A stretch of DNA of 64,000 nucleotides from Felis catus (lineage: Eukaryota), in assembly GCF_018350175.1 (NCBI RefSeq), contig NC_058368.1, positions 22,074,001 to 22,138,000 of the forward strand. The letters run 5' to 3'. Both the position numbers and the translations under genes were made by a program. Shown piece after piece: positions 1 through 13,894 of this stretch. Numbering within the stretch: position 1 is the first letter of the stretch; every line of letters begins with the position of its first letter. The notes below the pieces were generated by a model that saw only the letters and a program-made list of their open reading frames with translations, made no database searches and was not told where the DNA came from.

Positions 1-974
1 GCCTTTTTCTTTCTTTCCTTCCCTTATCTATTCTTCTGTCTTTGACATTTCTGCTCAATAATCTCTTTTCCTACTTTCTCCTCTTGCCTAGCTCGCTCAC
101 TCGCGCTCCCCATCTTACTCTTCACTTTTTCAACTGGCCATATGTGGAATGAAGTGTAGTTTTATCATTGCATCTGTGTATTTTCACGTTTCTTTTATTT
201 AGTTTCAAATGAGATATTATGAACATTTATAGGAGTCGTGCCTAGTGGAAAAATACTTGGAATTAAAATTGTTTAGAGTCCCTGCTGTGCCATTTGATAG
301 TAATGTAACCTCTTTGAGACTAACTTTTGTCATCTCTAAAATAGGAAAAGTATGAACTTCCAGCAGTTTTAAATATTAAACTGAATTTAAAAAATACATG
401 TTGTATAAGAACAATAAATACATGTACAGACTATACACAAATGTCAGATAGTATATTCTTATTTCCTCTCTTAAACTGAAGTTAAATGTAAGCTGGTTTA
501 TTTTTGTTATAACCCTTGATTTTTTTTTATTATTTTAATTTTAGATTTAGTTAATCAGTGACCATAAATGGGAAAAATACTCCCTACTCTTGGATTATGG
601 TATTATATTTCTATAAATCTCCTATTGTTTTGCAGATTTCCCTCAAAGCAGCAGTATATTAAGCCATTATCGTGATTAATTAGTATGTTAGCTTGAGTTG
701 GTTTATGAGATTAGCCCAATTTGCAGTTGGATGCTGGAAGAAATATGACCAAGGATGGTTATGGTTTGAAGAATGAGTCAGGGATGAGATGTCATGAGGT
801 CCAGTGAACTAGGAAAGTCTTGAGCAGCCACAGAATAGTGTTGGTTCAAAGCACTACCCAAGAATTAGGGAGGTAAGAGTATATCAAGACAGACTTCGGG
901 TATCTTGCAACTTTGCTTAGCGTTGGTTTAGATATCAAAAGAGGAACAATAAGAACTACTTATACAAGACTCTG

Positions 975-1079
975 TCAGTTAAGTGTCTGACTCTTGGTTT
1001 TGACTCAGGTCATGATCTCAAGGTTCGTGAGTTTGAGCCCCACATCAGGCTCTGTGCTGACAGTGGGGAGCCTGCTTGA

Positions 1080-1125
<46 letters not shown>

Positions 1126-1163
1126 GCCTCCCATCTCTCAACAAATAAATAAACATTAAAAAA
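975..1163 (+). mobile_element. Can-SINE (5'-truncated) with (CT)n
   Basis: tcagttaagtgtctgactctt...ctcaggtcatgatctc, CT tract, A tail. Confidence 0.85.
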
Positions 1164-3056
1164 ATATTTTTGGATTAAGACATCCAGTTGCCTAAAAGTT
1201 GACTTACACATTATCAAGTCAACTTTTACTGTCTGGAATCCTTAGGGAAAGAAGTATCTTTCTGAATATTTTCATTTTCCATGTAAGTGAAGATTAATTC
1301 TTCAAATAAAGGAAGTCAAACAAATTACTTTCGTGGATTACATTTTCTCTAAAATGCATTGTATACTTGCCCCTTTCCAAAGTAGTATTCTAGATATAAT
1401 TTTTTACTGTTGACTCAGAACTAACATTATGAAGATCTATTATTGTAGCAATAAAACAGCAGACAGTTCTTTTTGTTTTCAACTTTACTAAGGTATAATT
1501 GACCAGACAGTTCTTTCTTGACTTTGTCCATTCAACTGATGTAACATGATGCCTAGAACTCGGTTATAAATGAATGTGATATTCAGTAGGTGCGGCTGTC
1601 CTTCTCAAGCCCATAAAAAAATAGACACTTATAAGTACTTCTTGGTTGACTAAGTGAAAAACAGTTAAAATTTAGGACAGTTCAATTTTAAGCATTCCAC
1701 TCATGACATACAGTATTTTCAGGAAGGAGGCACCATTTGTAGCATTATTAGCTTACTTGCAGAAATGTGCTATGTATCTCTATGGACTGGAGGTACTAAC
1801 CGTCAGCCTGCAAGCAGCATATTTCTATCTCAAGCCTAAAGTATCCATATAAGCTAGTGACAGCTTGAAAAAATTCATCCTAACTTTAGAACTCAGTCTA
1901 ATCACACAGAACTCTTGCCCTCCTTGTCTCTTGGTTCGTAGGTAGAACTGGTATAGCCCCTTCTGGATTGAAAGTATCTTGAGTACTAGAACCCTGTTTC
2001 CCACACCTAATGCTATACACACTGGCTGGTTGAGTGAATGAATGAATGAATGTAGGCATGAGAATGAGAGCTTGAAGCAGAGGTAAGGGAATTAGACCAA
2101 AGGAAAGTGATCTGAATGCAGCAATAAGCCAGTTTTCTTGAAGAATTAGTAAACTGTTTAGAAGATAATTCAAGAGCGATGATAACATTCTAGTAAGTGA
2201 ATAGCCTCTCATGGGGTTTTTGGAGAGTACAATAGTCATCTGACTGCAAAATTTCTGGTATGTGTTTATAACAGGAAGAAAAAGATATTATTTAGAGATG
2301 GGCTATAGCTTTTGTCAGATAAACTAAAAGGATGGGGCATTCCTTACAGAGAAAAGTGAACTTTTAGAAGACACCGAGATGGGTTTTTTTGTTAGTTGTA
2401 AAAGTTTAGGTCTCTAGGTAATGTCTGGAAGGAAAAGACTAAAAGGGAAGAGCTTAAATTTCCTTTTGCAGAGTGAAGTAACAGAAATTTGAGAAATGCC
2501 CTCTCTTTGGCTGTGATTGATGGAAGTAGGGGAAAGTTTTGGAGTGAGGGAAAGAGATTCCAGAACCATGACAGAGAGAAGGGACTTAAGGAAAAAGATG
2601 ATCAGGAATTCTGACAAACCTTTAAAAATAGCGATTCATAGAATTCAATTTGAAATTGTTTCTGCACTATGCTATAATTACCCTTTGTTGCCTTTAAACC
2701 TTTGATAAAAGAACTATGTACTAACAGTATATGCTGAGTGAAGGAGAAAGGGTGGTTTTCTATACTTGGAGGCAACAGGGTGTTGAGGAAATAACTAGCT
2801 GCAGGAGGAAGGACCGGGAACAGGGTTGAGGGGAGCTTGGAGCAGGGGTTCAGAATCCAGAGCTGACAACAGTGATGGTGGCCATGGCAGTGGCTTAGAT
2901 GGGGTAGCAGGCACTGCCTTGGGAAACTGTGTGACAAACTCATTTCTCCTTCAGGAATCCAGAGCAAAGTAGTCCATTGGGGAGAGGAAAGTACTGGAGG
3001 ATCCTACTATTTTGTAAATAAGGGTAGTTAGGAGGCACACCTTCGAGTTAAAATTG

Positions 3057-3703
3057 TGGGTGGCTCAGTCAGTTAAGTGACTGACTTCAGCTCAGGTCAT
3101 GATCTCACAGTTTGTGAGTTCAAGCCCTACGCTGGGCTCTGTGCTGACAGCTCAGAGCCTGGGGCCTGCTTTGGATTCTGTGTCTCCCTCTCTCTCTGAC
3201 CCTCCCCCACTCACACTCTGTGTCTCTCTCACTCTCAAAAATAAATATATATAAAAAAAAAGGGGGTGCCTGGGTGGCGCAGTCGGTTAAGCGTCCGACT
3301 TCAGCCAGGTCACGATCTCGCGGTCCGTGAGTTCGAGCCCCGCGTCAGGCTCTGGGCTGATGGCTCAGAGCCTGGAGCCTGTTTCCGATTCTGTGTCTCC
3401 CTCTCTCTCTGCCCCTCCCCCATTCATGCTCTGTCTCTCTCTGTCCCAAAAATAAATAAACGTTGAAAAAAAAAATTAAAAAAAAAATGGGGCGCCTGGG
3501 TGGCTCAGTTGGTTAAGCGCCCAACTTCAGCTCAGGTTGTGATCTCCCAGTTTGTGGGTTGGAGCCCCTCATTGGGCTCTGTGCTGACAGCTCAGAGCCT
3601 GGAGCCTGCTTCAGATTCTGTGTCTCCCTTTCTCTCTGCCCCTCCCTTGCTCATGCTCTGTCTCTCTCTGTCTCAAAAATAAATAAAACATTAAAAAAAA
3701 AAA
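3057..3703 (+). mobile_element. Three head-to-tail Can-SINEs (~3057-3261, 3262-3487 young SINEC_Fc type, 3489-3703)
   Basis: Three successive tRNA-derived heads, each followed by a CT tract and A tail. Confidence 0.93.
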
Positions 3704-4729
3704 AGTCTCATTACTTTATAGCCATAAATTTTTAATCTAATCCTTTAGGCCTTAAAGTTGCTGACAGAAAGGAACTACTTCTGCATATTATTATGAGGTT
3801 AAAAAAAAAAAGACTTGTGGCTGAGATTGCAAATCTTCAGATTTTATGGGCTCAGGATCAAACTCAGAGCTGTGTTTTTTGAGGTTTGGCCACTATTCAA
3901 GACACAGCTTCAGACTCTGATGTTTTGAAACACAATGTGATAGGAGATCAAAGGATGAAATTTATTGATGCATTCATTTTAAAGAAAGGCAGGTGTGCCT
4001 TGCAAAACTAGGGTGGATGCAAAGTCATCTGTTCGGGCTGAATTAGAAAGCAGTTCAAAGAAGCAGAACACTTTCTGCCATGATAATTTAATCTCTAAGG
4101 CTTAATTCTTGCTACATTAAATAAAAGTCAGCAAAATGAGTACTTCAGTATCAGCTTCTCATTAACCCATTTTATGGTCCTAAATTTTTGAAGATTTCTG
4201 TCCCTTTTTAAAAATCCTTTTCTGTTCCCTGGCCTCCTCTTTAAAGTGGTCCTTCGCCTTTGGTTTTATTACTATAAAAACGAAAAATCATAAAGCCTTA
4301 AGACATAAGCTTTGACTATGCTTCATGCATAATTTGAAATGCTTACCATGTGTATAGGGCATTGATTCTACTTGGTCTTCATTCTGTTTGGTTTATATAT
4401 TTTGCACCTGCCATTAAACAAATTAAGTTACAGAATTTACAATTACAGGTGAGGAAATACTATATCATATTAAATGGAATTTTATGTTATTGTTACCCTA
4501 ATGCCCTCTTAAAATAATGAATATAAACTTTAGAAGCATTTATCCTATAAAGGTACATAATATGTGGGTGATTTAAAATGGTGTTGGAATCAGGCCCTTA
4601 ATCAGAAGCATAACATGTTAATTGGTTGTATTCTCCCTATAAAGACAGTGACCATTTTACTTTGACCCTACTATACTTTTTAAGCAATGTAACCTGCCAT
4701 AAAGATTAAGACTGCTCATGCCATGTATA

Positions 4730-5260
4730 ATGTACAGAATGTTTTGTCCCCTCTGCTTTCTGGGGAACACTGGCTCCTTCCCCACCCACGTGGTTACAGT
4801 GGGAGCAGCCATTTTGCGTGGCTTGACACCCTGCCCCCCACACACAGCTGATTGGCTTAGTAGTGGATATCTGATCAAAGGGACAGGACCACAGTATTCT
4901 GCAGGATTCTGGAAGTAAAACTGAGGTAGAACCTCAGTCTCCGACCAGGAGCTAATGGTATTCCACGCGATTTCTGTATCGATGGTCAGGTTTCCTACCA
5001 TGTAAATGAAAAAAGTAGGAAGCCAGCCTGTAGAAAAGACAGAAAGAAGAATGATGATGGGGAGAGAAATAGAGGGTCAGAGAGAGATAGAGGGCCATCC
5101 TTGATGGGATTCGTGTCATAGGTAAATATAATTATACTGAAAAAAATTTGAGAGCAACTCATCCTGAGCTAGCCTGTGTTTGGGTTCTTTGAAACTTTCC
5201 CAGTACCTGTAAATTAGTTTAGCTTGAATTTTAGTCCCCTGCAAAAGCGCTCATCCATGC
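4730..5260. mobile_element. Possible ancient ERVL/MaLR-class LTR remnant (LTR16-like)
   Basis: Resemblance from memory only (cagccattttg...gctgattggc...ctgatcaaag). No termini or TSD verified. Confidence 0.35.
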
Positions 5261-5439
5261 AGTGAATACTCCCCACCCCCAGCTCTGCTTATCTAGTTCT
5301 GCTCCCGAAAGTCAGTACAAACATTTGCCCTACACACCTTAGCTCTCCCCGTCCTACTCCACAAGGCCAACCTGTACAGGAGCAGAAGAGAGAAAGAAGC
5401 GAACAGAGGAGAGAAGTCAATGGCTACAATTATGTTTCA

Positions 5440-6175
5440 TCTTTTTAAAAGTTAAGGTATAATTTACAAACAGTGACATTCTCTCTTTTTAATATGCAGT
5501 TCTGTGATATAGGAAAATTCCATCACCCCCCAAATTTTCCCTTGACCCTTTGTAATCCTCTCCTTTTCCTACCATCAGCTGCTGGCAACCACTGGTCCAT
5601 CTTCTGTCCCTGTATTGTTTGCCTTTGTAGGTGTGTAAATGGAATCGTGCAAAATGTAGCCTTTTGAGTCTGTCTTCTTGCGTATAGTATAATGCATTTA
5701 GGATTCGTCCATGTTGTTGCTGTGTATCAGGAGTTTGTTCCTTTTCGTCACTGAGTAGTATTCCACTGCATGGATATACCACAGACCATTTATCCATTCT
5801 CCAGTTGAAGGATATTTGAGGAATTTCAAATTACAAATAAAGCCTTTATAACCATTTATGTACAGTTGTGTGTGCCAATGTAGGTTTTCATTTCACTTGG
5901 GTAAATACCTAGGAGTAGGATTATTGGGCAGTATTTGGATTTTTTGTTTGTTTGCTTTGGCTTTGGTTTTTAACTTCAGTCACTGATGTAAGTGTTGGTG
6001 GTATATCATTGTGATTTTAATTTGCAGCCTCCTAATGACTCATGTTGTTGAGCATCTTCTCATGTGTTCATTTGCCACCATATCTCTTCCTTTGTGAATT
6101 GTCTATATAGATCTTTGCCCTCTTTTTATTTGGTTGTTGAATTTTGAGAATTCTTTATATATCTTGTATACAAGT
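5440..6175 (-). mobile_element. Old L1M-type 3' fragment
   Basis: Typical antisense L1 3' text (tgagtagtattccactgcatggatataccaca; gggtaaatacctaggagtagg). Confidence 0.8.
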
Positions 6176-7230
6176 CAATGGCTACAACTTTAAAGTGGGT
6201 GCCTGCTCTGTTTTACTCCCGTATTTGCCTTCTCTTACTTATGTTATCAGCGAAGGGTGCTCTTTATCATTAGTTACTTCTGATTGCTGTTCATTGCTTC
6301 TTTCTTCCTTCTTTTTCTTTTTCCTTATTTAACTCCAGTGACACTTCCATATGTATCATTCATTCTGCAAATAATCTTTGAGCATCTCCCATCAGGGCTG
6401 ACCTTTTTGATTTTGCCAGCTTAACGCAAGTGCTTCTTCAGGTTTGGTATCTGTTCACTTACATTATATGTTATTTTAGAATTACTGGCTAATTTAAGGC
6501 ATTTTTGGTCATTTCTAGATGTTGTTTTATTATCATGAAACATTTTCTTGTCTTTTTTTTTTCTGACCACTTCTAGATCCAGAACTTGAGACCTAGCAGT
6601 CTGATGGTTGGCTGAAGACTGGTTTTGAAATAGTTAAGGCTTTACTGTAGTTAGTGTGATGAATGGATATCTGCATAGGTTATGTATTATGGAAAGACCA
6701 TCATTAATCATCTTGTACCTGTTTAAGGTTTCTCTAATCCTTTCCATTCTGATCCTTTCCTCTGATGTGAGAAACTGTTCCTGGTATCAGAGCTTGTTTT
6801 TGTTATCCACAGGGGGCTTCCTTTGCCTTTGCACACTATTTGCTAATGAACCAGAAGAATGTTTTTCTCTGTGTAAAAGTTGGATAGAGTTCTGTGGAGC
6901 TTCATTTCTACTGTTCACTGGAATGCCGTATGGAAATGTTCTTGTGGCATTTCACTGGGAAGTATGAAAAACATGCTCTTGTGACTTTTTAAAGAGGACT
7001 GATATTATGTAGTATTACTGTAGAGTCTAGAATGGTTTGAATAAAACATTTTATTTTTAATTTAAATTTCATTTTAAATTTTAAATTTTATTTATATTTA
7101 CAGCTGTACCTCTTATACAAGTGTACTGCTTAACATCTATATAAATGAAATTGAGATAGCATGAAGTAGCATACTAGAACCTTTTTTAGTATTTTAAAAT
7201 TATGAGAGCAACTGACCCTAAAGCATCCTT

Positions 7231-7437
7231 TTATTTGTTTTTAAACATTTATTTATTTTGAGAGAGAGAGAGAGTGCGAGCAGGGGAGAGGCAGAGAGAG
7301 AGGGTGAGAGAGAATCCGAAGCAGGCTACGTGTTGGGTGTGGAGCCTGACTTGGGGCTCGATCCCACAATCCGGGGATCATGACCTGCACCAAAATCAAG
7401 AGCCAGACATCCAACCAACTGGGCCACTGGGTGCTCC
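7231..7437 (-). mobile_element. Can-SINE
   Basis: Reverse-complement head and (AG)n. Flanks aagcatcctttt / acacatcctttt. Confidence 0.85.
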
Positions 7438-8035
7438 ATCTAACACATCCTTTTAAACTGAAGGTTCACTCAGCTCCTAATTTTCTAAATTTGGATTTTA
7501 TGTAGTGTTTTTTCTTAAAGGAAGATATAATTTGCTTTCGCAAGTGCCTGTGTTTTTTTTGTTGTTTTTTTTATCTTTCTTTCTCTTCTTTTCTTAAATT
7601 CTTCTTTCTTCTTCCCTGGCTCCCTTTCTTTTCTGCTTTCTTAATTTTCTCTCTTTCTCCCTTATTTCCACCCCTCTCTGTTTCTCTCCACGGAATAAAG
7701 TGAAAGCAATGAATAGCCATAGATTTTTCTTATATTTAATTATTGCCAACATTTTGATATTGTTTCTGTCAGTTACATATACCATAATTTATGTAAGCAT
7801 GCCTAATTCTGGACATATTGTTTCTAACTCTATAGTATCACCACTATGATTAAGACCTCTGTGCCTGAAATTTTTCTTCTGTATTTAACATTGTTATTTA
7901 GGATTATTTCCTCAGGCTAGATTTCCCAGTTTGAGATTCTAGAACATCATTCAGGTATTATTTAATTGCTTTATATCCTCACCAGCAATGTATGAGAACC
8001 AGCATCAAATTTTACCATTTAAAAAATTCTGGGAT

Positions 8036-8254
8036 GGGGCACCTGGGTGGCCCAGTCAGTTAAGGATCTGACTTTAGCTTAGGTCATGATCTCACAGTTT
8101 ATAAGTTTGAGCCCCACATCAGACTCTGTGCTCACAACTTGGAGCCTGGAGCCTGCTTCAGATTCTGTGTCTCCCTCTCTCTCTGCCCCTCCCCCACTCG
8201 TGCTCTGTCTCTCTCTCTCAAAAATAAATAAACATTAAAATATTTAAAAAAATT
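8036..8254 (+). mobile_element. Can-SINE
   Basis: Full head to tail, TSD aattctggga. Confidence 0.9.
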
Positions 8255-8261
8255 AATTCTG

Positions 8262-8935
8262 GGACTCTGGACTTAGATGACAGCATAGGAGGCTCCTGAA
8301 TTTCCCTCCTCCTATGGATAAACAGAATGTACAGTTATACATGTGGGAATTCCCTCTGAGAGAAATGCAGAAATTCAGCTAAGTGATCCCTACTCATTGA
8401 GCAACTGAGAAAATACCCACATCAAAATGAGTGGGAAAAGCTGAGACATACTCTGGCCATAGACCCTACCCACTGGCATAGCACCATGCTGTTGGGAGGG
8501 AATCCTAACACCCATCTTCTCTTTGAGGAGCAAAGGGTTTGAACCACACATCTAGTGCCCCTACTTTTAAGGCTGTCAGCTGAGGGATGGGCCCCCAAAT
8601 CACCTATGTATGAAAGCTAAAAGGGCTTGCATTCACGAGTCCCAAAGGACTCTAGCAAACAAAGGAGCAGTTCACGGGTGCATGAGCACTTGCTGTAACT
8701 ATCCCTGACTCCCCCGGGCTAGGCACAGAGGAAACCGACAGGAACAACCATCTCCCAGTCTTTCTCTGGAAGGGGGTTTGATGCATACTTTACAAGCTGC
8801 TGTGTGAGGTTCTGGCCTTTAATTAACATGGATCTACTTGCTGGCTACAGTCTTCCATAGGGCCCAGAAGAGCTAGTGGGCGCTTCCCCTGCTTTCTTCC
8901 ACCAGCTTGCTCCAATAAGAAAAGCAATAATAAAT
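8262..8935 (+). mobile_element. Isolated 5'UTR-like fragment of an older carnivore L1
   Basis: Begins agatgacagcataggaggctcctgaatttccctcctcc, resembling a decayed L1 AAGATGGCGGCGTAGGAGG start. Family assigned from memory. Confidence 0.55.
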
Positions 8936-8939
8936 AATG

Positions 8940-11260
8940 CAGGGAAATCTCATGTACCTTGCCCAGTTTCCCTGATGGCAATATCCTGCAAAACTATAGG
9001 GCAGTAACGTGATGAGGATATTGATATTGATAAAGTCAAGATATAGAAATTTTCCATCACTACAAAGATCCCTCCACTTGCCCTTTCATAGTCACTCACC
9101 TCTGACCTCTAGCAACCACTAATCTGTTCTTCATTTCTGTAATTTTGGCAATTCAAGAATATCATGTAACTGGACAATGTGTAATCCTTTAAAAATTTTT
9201 TTTGAGTTGACACACAATGTTACATTAGTTTCAGGTGTACAACATAGTGATTCCATAAGTTTATAATTTATGCTGTACTCACCACAAGTGTAGCTACCAT
9301 CTATTCCCATATATCACTATTACAATATCACTGACTATTTTCATTATGCTGTCTTGATTTATTTCTTCCATAACTGGAAGCCTGTTTTCCTACTCCCCTT
9401 CACCCATTTTACCAATACCCCCACTTTCCTCTCCTCTGGTAACCATGAATTCATTCTGTGTTTATAGGTCTATTACTGCATTTTACTTGTTTATTCATTT
9501 GTGGGGTTTTTTTTTTTTTTAGATTCCACATGAATGAAATCATATGGTATTCATCTTCCTCAGTCTGACTTATTTCACTTAGAATAAGACTCTTTATGTC
9601 CATCCATATTGTCTCAGATGGTACAATCTTATTCTTTTTTATAGCTGTGTGATATTACAGTGTATATATATCACATCTCTCTTACCCATTTGTCTGTCGA
9701 TGGACATTTAGATTGTGTAACCTTTTGTTGCTGGCACTTTTCACTCAGCATAATTCCCCAAGATTCATCCAGGCTGTTGCATGTATCAAAGTTCATTCCT
9801 TTTGGGGGCACCTGAGTGGCTCAGTCAGTTAAGCATCTGACTCTTGAATTCTGCTCAGATCATGATCTCAGAGTTTGTGAGATCCAGCCCTGCATCGGGC
9901 TCCACACTAGTGGCACAGAGCCTGCTTGGGTTTCTCTCTCTCCCTTCCTTCTCTTTGCCCCTCACCCAAATAATAAATAAGTAAGCTTTAAAAAAAAAAA
10001 TCACTCCTTTTTTATTGCTGAGCCCCTGGTATGGATGTAGCATAGTCTGTTTCACCATTTACCTGTGGAAGGATTTCTAGGTTGTTTCTAGCTTTTGGTT
10101 ATCATAAATAAAGCTGCTATGAACATTCATGGCCAGGTTTCATTTCTCTGTGATAAATACTAGGAGTACAATACCAATAGAGTAGTTGCATGTTAAGTTT
10201 TTAAAGAAATTGCCAAATCGTTTTCCAGATTGACCATATATATTAGATCTCCCACCAGCAGTGTACAAGTGCAGTTTCTCTGCATCTTTGTCAGCATTTG
10301 CTGTTGTCACTTTTTTATTTTAGCCATTTTGATAGGTATATGTAGTAATTTCTCCTGGTGGTCTTAATTTGCATTTCCCTAATGGCTAATTATGTTGAAC
10401 ATCTTTTATGTGCTTGTAGTCATCTGTAGATATTTGGTGAAATATCTCTTCATGTCTTTTGCCCATTTTCTAATTGGTTTGTATTTTGTCCTGTTAAGTT
10501 CTGAGGGGAGCACCTGGCTGGCTCAGTCAGTTAAGCATCTGACTCTTGATTTCAGCTCAGAACATCAGTCACGGTCATAAGATCGAGCCCCGTATCGGGC
10601 TCTGTGGTGAGTGTGGAGCCTGCTTGGGATTCTCTCTCTCCATCTCTGCAACTTCTCTGCTTGTTCTCTGTCTCTCTCTCAAAATAAATAAACATTCAAA
10701 AAAAAGTTCTGAGGACTCTTTACATATTCTAGACACTAGGCTTTTGTCATATATATGTTATGAAGTTCTCCTAGTCTGTAGCTTGTCTTTTCATACTATT
10801 AATAAGATCTTTTGCAAAGCTTAAGTCCTGAATTTTGATGAAGTCTATTTAAGACTTGTCTTAAACAAGTCTGTTTTTGTTTTACAGATTGTGCTTTTAG
10901 TGTCAAGTTTAAGAATTATATGCCTAAATCTAGTTCCTGAGGATTTTCCTCTATTTATTTCTAGAAGTTTTATAGTTCTACATTTTATATTTAAGTCTGT
11001 GATCCATTTCGAGCCAGTTTTTTTTAAGTTTATTTATTTTTGAGAGAGAGAGAGAGAGCACACACACAGGTGCACACACGAGTAGGGAAGGGGCAGAGAC
11101 AGGGGGAGAGAGAAAATCCCAATTAGGCTCCACACTGTCAGCGCACAGCCTGATGTGGGGTTTGAACTCACAAACTGTAAGATCACGACCTGAGCCAAAA
11201 TAAAAAGTCTGATGCTTAACTGACCCAGCCACCCAGGTGCCCTCAAGCCAATTTTTGATA
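8940..11260 (-). mobile_element. Nested antisense old L1 fragments (L1M-type interrupted by a carnivore L1 3' end ~9200-9715 and SINEs at 9824-10000 +, 10505-10705 +, 11018-11243 -)
   Basis: L1 3'UTR signatures (ttacattagtttcaggtgtacaacatagtgattc; ttgcatttccctaatggctaat) and three Can-SINE bodies. Confidence 0.8.
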
Positions 11261-11669
11261 AAATTAATCCTTTAAGAATATTTTATCCTTTCAGATATTC
11301 TTTAAGAATATTTTTCTATGTTAGTATTCTTAATCAGTCCTTAGTGCACATTTCATATGTCTAATAGCTTTAAGATTGAGTAATTAATTGAATAATCTTA
11401 TTGTCTTCTTTTCCTTTTGAGTCCTAGTTCTTTTATTATTAAAAAAGTGCCTCAATAATAGATAAGCGAGATTCAGTGGTCTCTGTTTGTGCTAAAGGGT
11501 TTACAAATGACTATGCCTCTAAAGTAGTAAGTCAGGACAGTCAATATTGAATGCTACTATCTATTGGTCCCCACTATGGACATTGAAATATGGCTTTCCT
11601 TGGGAGCTAACAGTGTGATGAGGACTTTAGAGACGAAATTCATTAATTTCAGTGTTCTGTGCTCATTGT

Positions 11670-11890
11670 TGGAGTCAGCTTAGTATGATGGCTAAGAACC
11701 TAGACTCTGGATTCCATCAGTTTGGGATGGAGTTGTGGCTTTCTCACATGCCACCTGAGTAAGGTAACCTCACTAGTCCTTAATTTCCTTACTTATAAGA
11801 TGTACATTATAAGGTTGTTATGAGGATTGGAAAATACATATAAAGTTCTTACTATAAGTGCCTGGCACAGAGTAAGCACTTCTTCATAAG
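11670..11890. mobile_element. MIR fragment
   Basis: Core-like text (gtaacctcactagtccttaatttcct...gttgttatgaggatt...gtgcctggcacagagtaagcact). Confidence 0.65.
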
Positions 11891-12039
11891 TTGACCGTGG
11901 TAGAGATGGAGGTAGCGGTAGACAGGAAAGAGGAGACCTACTGGTCTATGTAGGCAAAGATGTTGTTGTAATACAGAGAAGAACAGTTATCTCAGAGATG
12001 AGTACTCCTGAACTGAATCTGAAGGATTAAAAGAGGACT

Positions 12040-12497
12040 TCGACTACCTCCATTTTGACCTGTCTATACTTTCGTATTGATTAAGTTGTTCTTTCCAGCT
12101 TATCTCTTAACTTAGGCAAAAGACCCCTGCAGGCAAAACATCCCTTGGCGGGAACCACAACTACCCCCGCAAGCAATGAGGTCTGCTCTGACATCAGCAA
12201 GACCCCACGTGACTGACCCCAAGACAATGATCTTTACAGCTTACCCACATGTACCCACCAACCTTTGTCCCACATTCTCCTTATATAAACCTAGAAGTAT
12301 TTTCAGCACTTTGGAAACAGTCTTTGAGACGCTAGTCTGCTGTCTTCCTAGTGTTGGCCTCACCAAAATAAATCCCTTTCTTGGGTCACCCTCACTCATC
12401 TCTCTTCTTGTGGATTTTGTCAGTGGCACGTGGCTTAACCTGGTCTGTTTGGGACCCCCAGAACCAGGTACTCTTGCACCCCTATGTCCTGATTACA
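12040..12497 (+). mobile_element. Solo LTR-like element (ERV1-class, carnivore)
   Basis: TATAAA-like box (~12283), AATAAA (~12367), U5-like segment ending ...gattaCA. 5' terminus and TSD not resolved. Confidence 0.6.
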
Positions 12498-12752
12498 GGA
12501 TGACTAAGATTTAGCTAGGAAAAGAAAGGAAGGAAGAGCATTCAGGACAAATACAACATGAACAAAGGTACAGAAATGAAAGATTGTGTATAAGTATATG
12601 CAATACAGCAATTTGTTATTAATAGAACTTGAAGTAGGAATTGAAAAGTAAGAGAAGTGGCAGGAAAGGTAGGCAAGGTTCAGATCATGGAAGGTGTTGG
12701 ACTTTTTCAAAGCAAAAGGGGGGCACTGAAGAGAATAAGAGAATAGAATGGT

Positions 12753-12920
12753 GGGGCGCCTTGGTGGCTCAGTCGGTTAAGTGTCCAACTCTTGATTTCA
12801 ACTCAGATCATGATCTCACAGTTCATGGGATCGAGCCCCATGTCAGACTCTGAGCTGACAGCATGGAGCCTGCTTGGTATTCTCTCTTTCCCTTTCTCTC
12901 TGCCCCTTTCCCGCCCATGT

Positions 12921-12975
<55 letters not shown>

Positions 12976-12994
12976 ATAATAAACATTTTTAAAA
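12753..12994 (+). mobile_element. Can-SINE with long (CT)n
   Basis: TSD aagagaatagaatgg / aagagaagagaatgg. Confidence 0.9.
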
Positions 12995-13191
12995 AGAGAA
13001 GAGAATGGCATAGTTATTTGCATTTTTAGTAAGCTCACTCTGCAGAGTGAAGACTGCTTTGAAGTGGAGGGCATAACTGGAAGATGCTCTTTGACAGTTC
13101 AGTTGAGAGATGAAGGCCAGAATCAGGGCCGTAGTAACTGAGAATTGAATGTCATTCTTGTCCTTATTTTCATATAAAAATCTCCTGTTCT

Positions 13192-13330
13192 GGGTACCTG
13201 GATGGCTCAGTCAGAAGAGCACACAACTCTTAATCCCTGGGTTGTGAGTTCAAGCCCCACATTGGGTGTAGAGATTACTTAAAAATAAAATCTTAAAAAC
13301 AAAAAACAAAACAAAACAAAACAGAAAACA
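13192..13330 (+). mobile_element. Short old Can-SINE lacking the CT tract
   Basis: gggtacctggatggctcagtc...gagattacttaaaaataaaatctt and (CAAAA)n tail. Confidence 0.8.
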
Positions 13331-13663
13331 ACCTCCTATTCCATTCAGAGCTTCAGTTGGTGAAGCAGACTAGCCTGAGGTTGTAGGGTGTGTAAGACTG
13401 GAAGTCTGGTATATGAGGACTCTAAAAAGTTCTGTCTGAGACTGGCTATAGTTCTGCTGGCTTCAGCTACTAGGACTGAGTGGTCCCGTCTGTCCTCTAG
13501 GTTAAATATGATCTCTTAATATCACCTAAATCATATATATTCACCTAATAGAAAACTGATCTTTTTTTTTTTTTTTTTTTTTTTTTGTAATACACCAACC
13601 TGGGAATGGATAAAGTGGAGGGAAGAAATTACTTAAAAGTACATATAAGAAACAGGAATTTGA

Positions 13664-13894
13664 GGGGCGCCTGGGTGGCGCAGTCGGTTAAGCGTCCGAC
13701 TTCAGCCAGGTCACGATCTCGCGGTCCGTGAGTTCGAGCCCCGCGTCAGGCTCTGGGCTGATGGCTCAGAGCCTGGAGCCTGTTTCCGATTCTGTGTCTC
13801 CCTCTCTCTCTGCCCCTCCCCCATTCATGCTCTGTCTCTCTCTGTCCCAAAAAATAAATAAACGTTGAAAAAAAAAATTAAAAAAAAAAAAAAA
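13664..13894 (+). mobile_element. Young SINEC_Fc-type SINE
   Basis: CpG-intact body, long A tail, perfect 17-bp TSD aagaaacaggaatttga (13647-13663, 13895-13911). Confidence 0.96.

Noticed and set aside
3057..3703. tRNA genes or a CRISPR-like array
   Set aside because: The tRNA-like boxes are SINE heads. This is mammalian DNA with no repeat-spacer structure.
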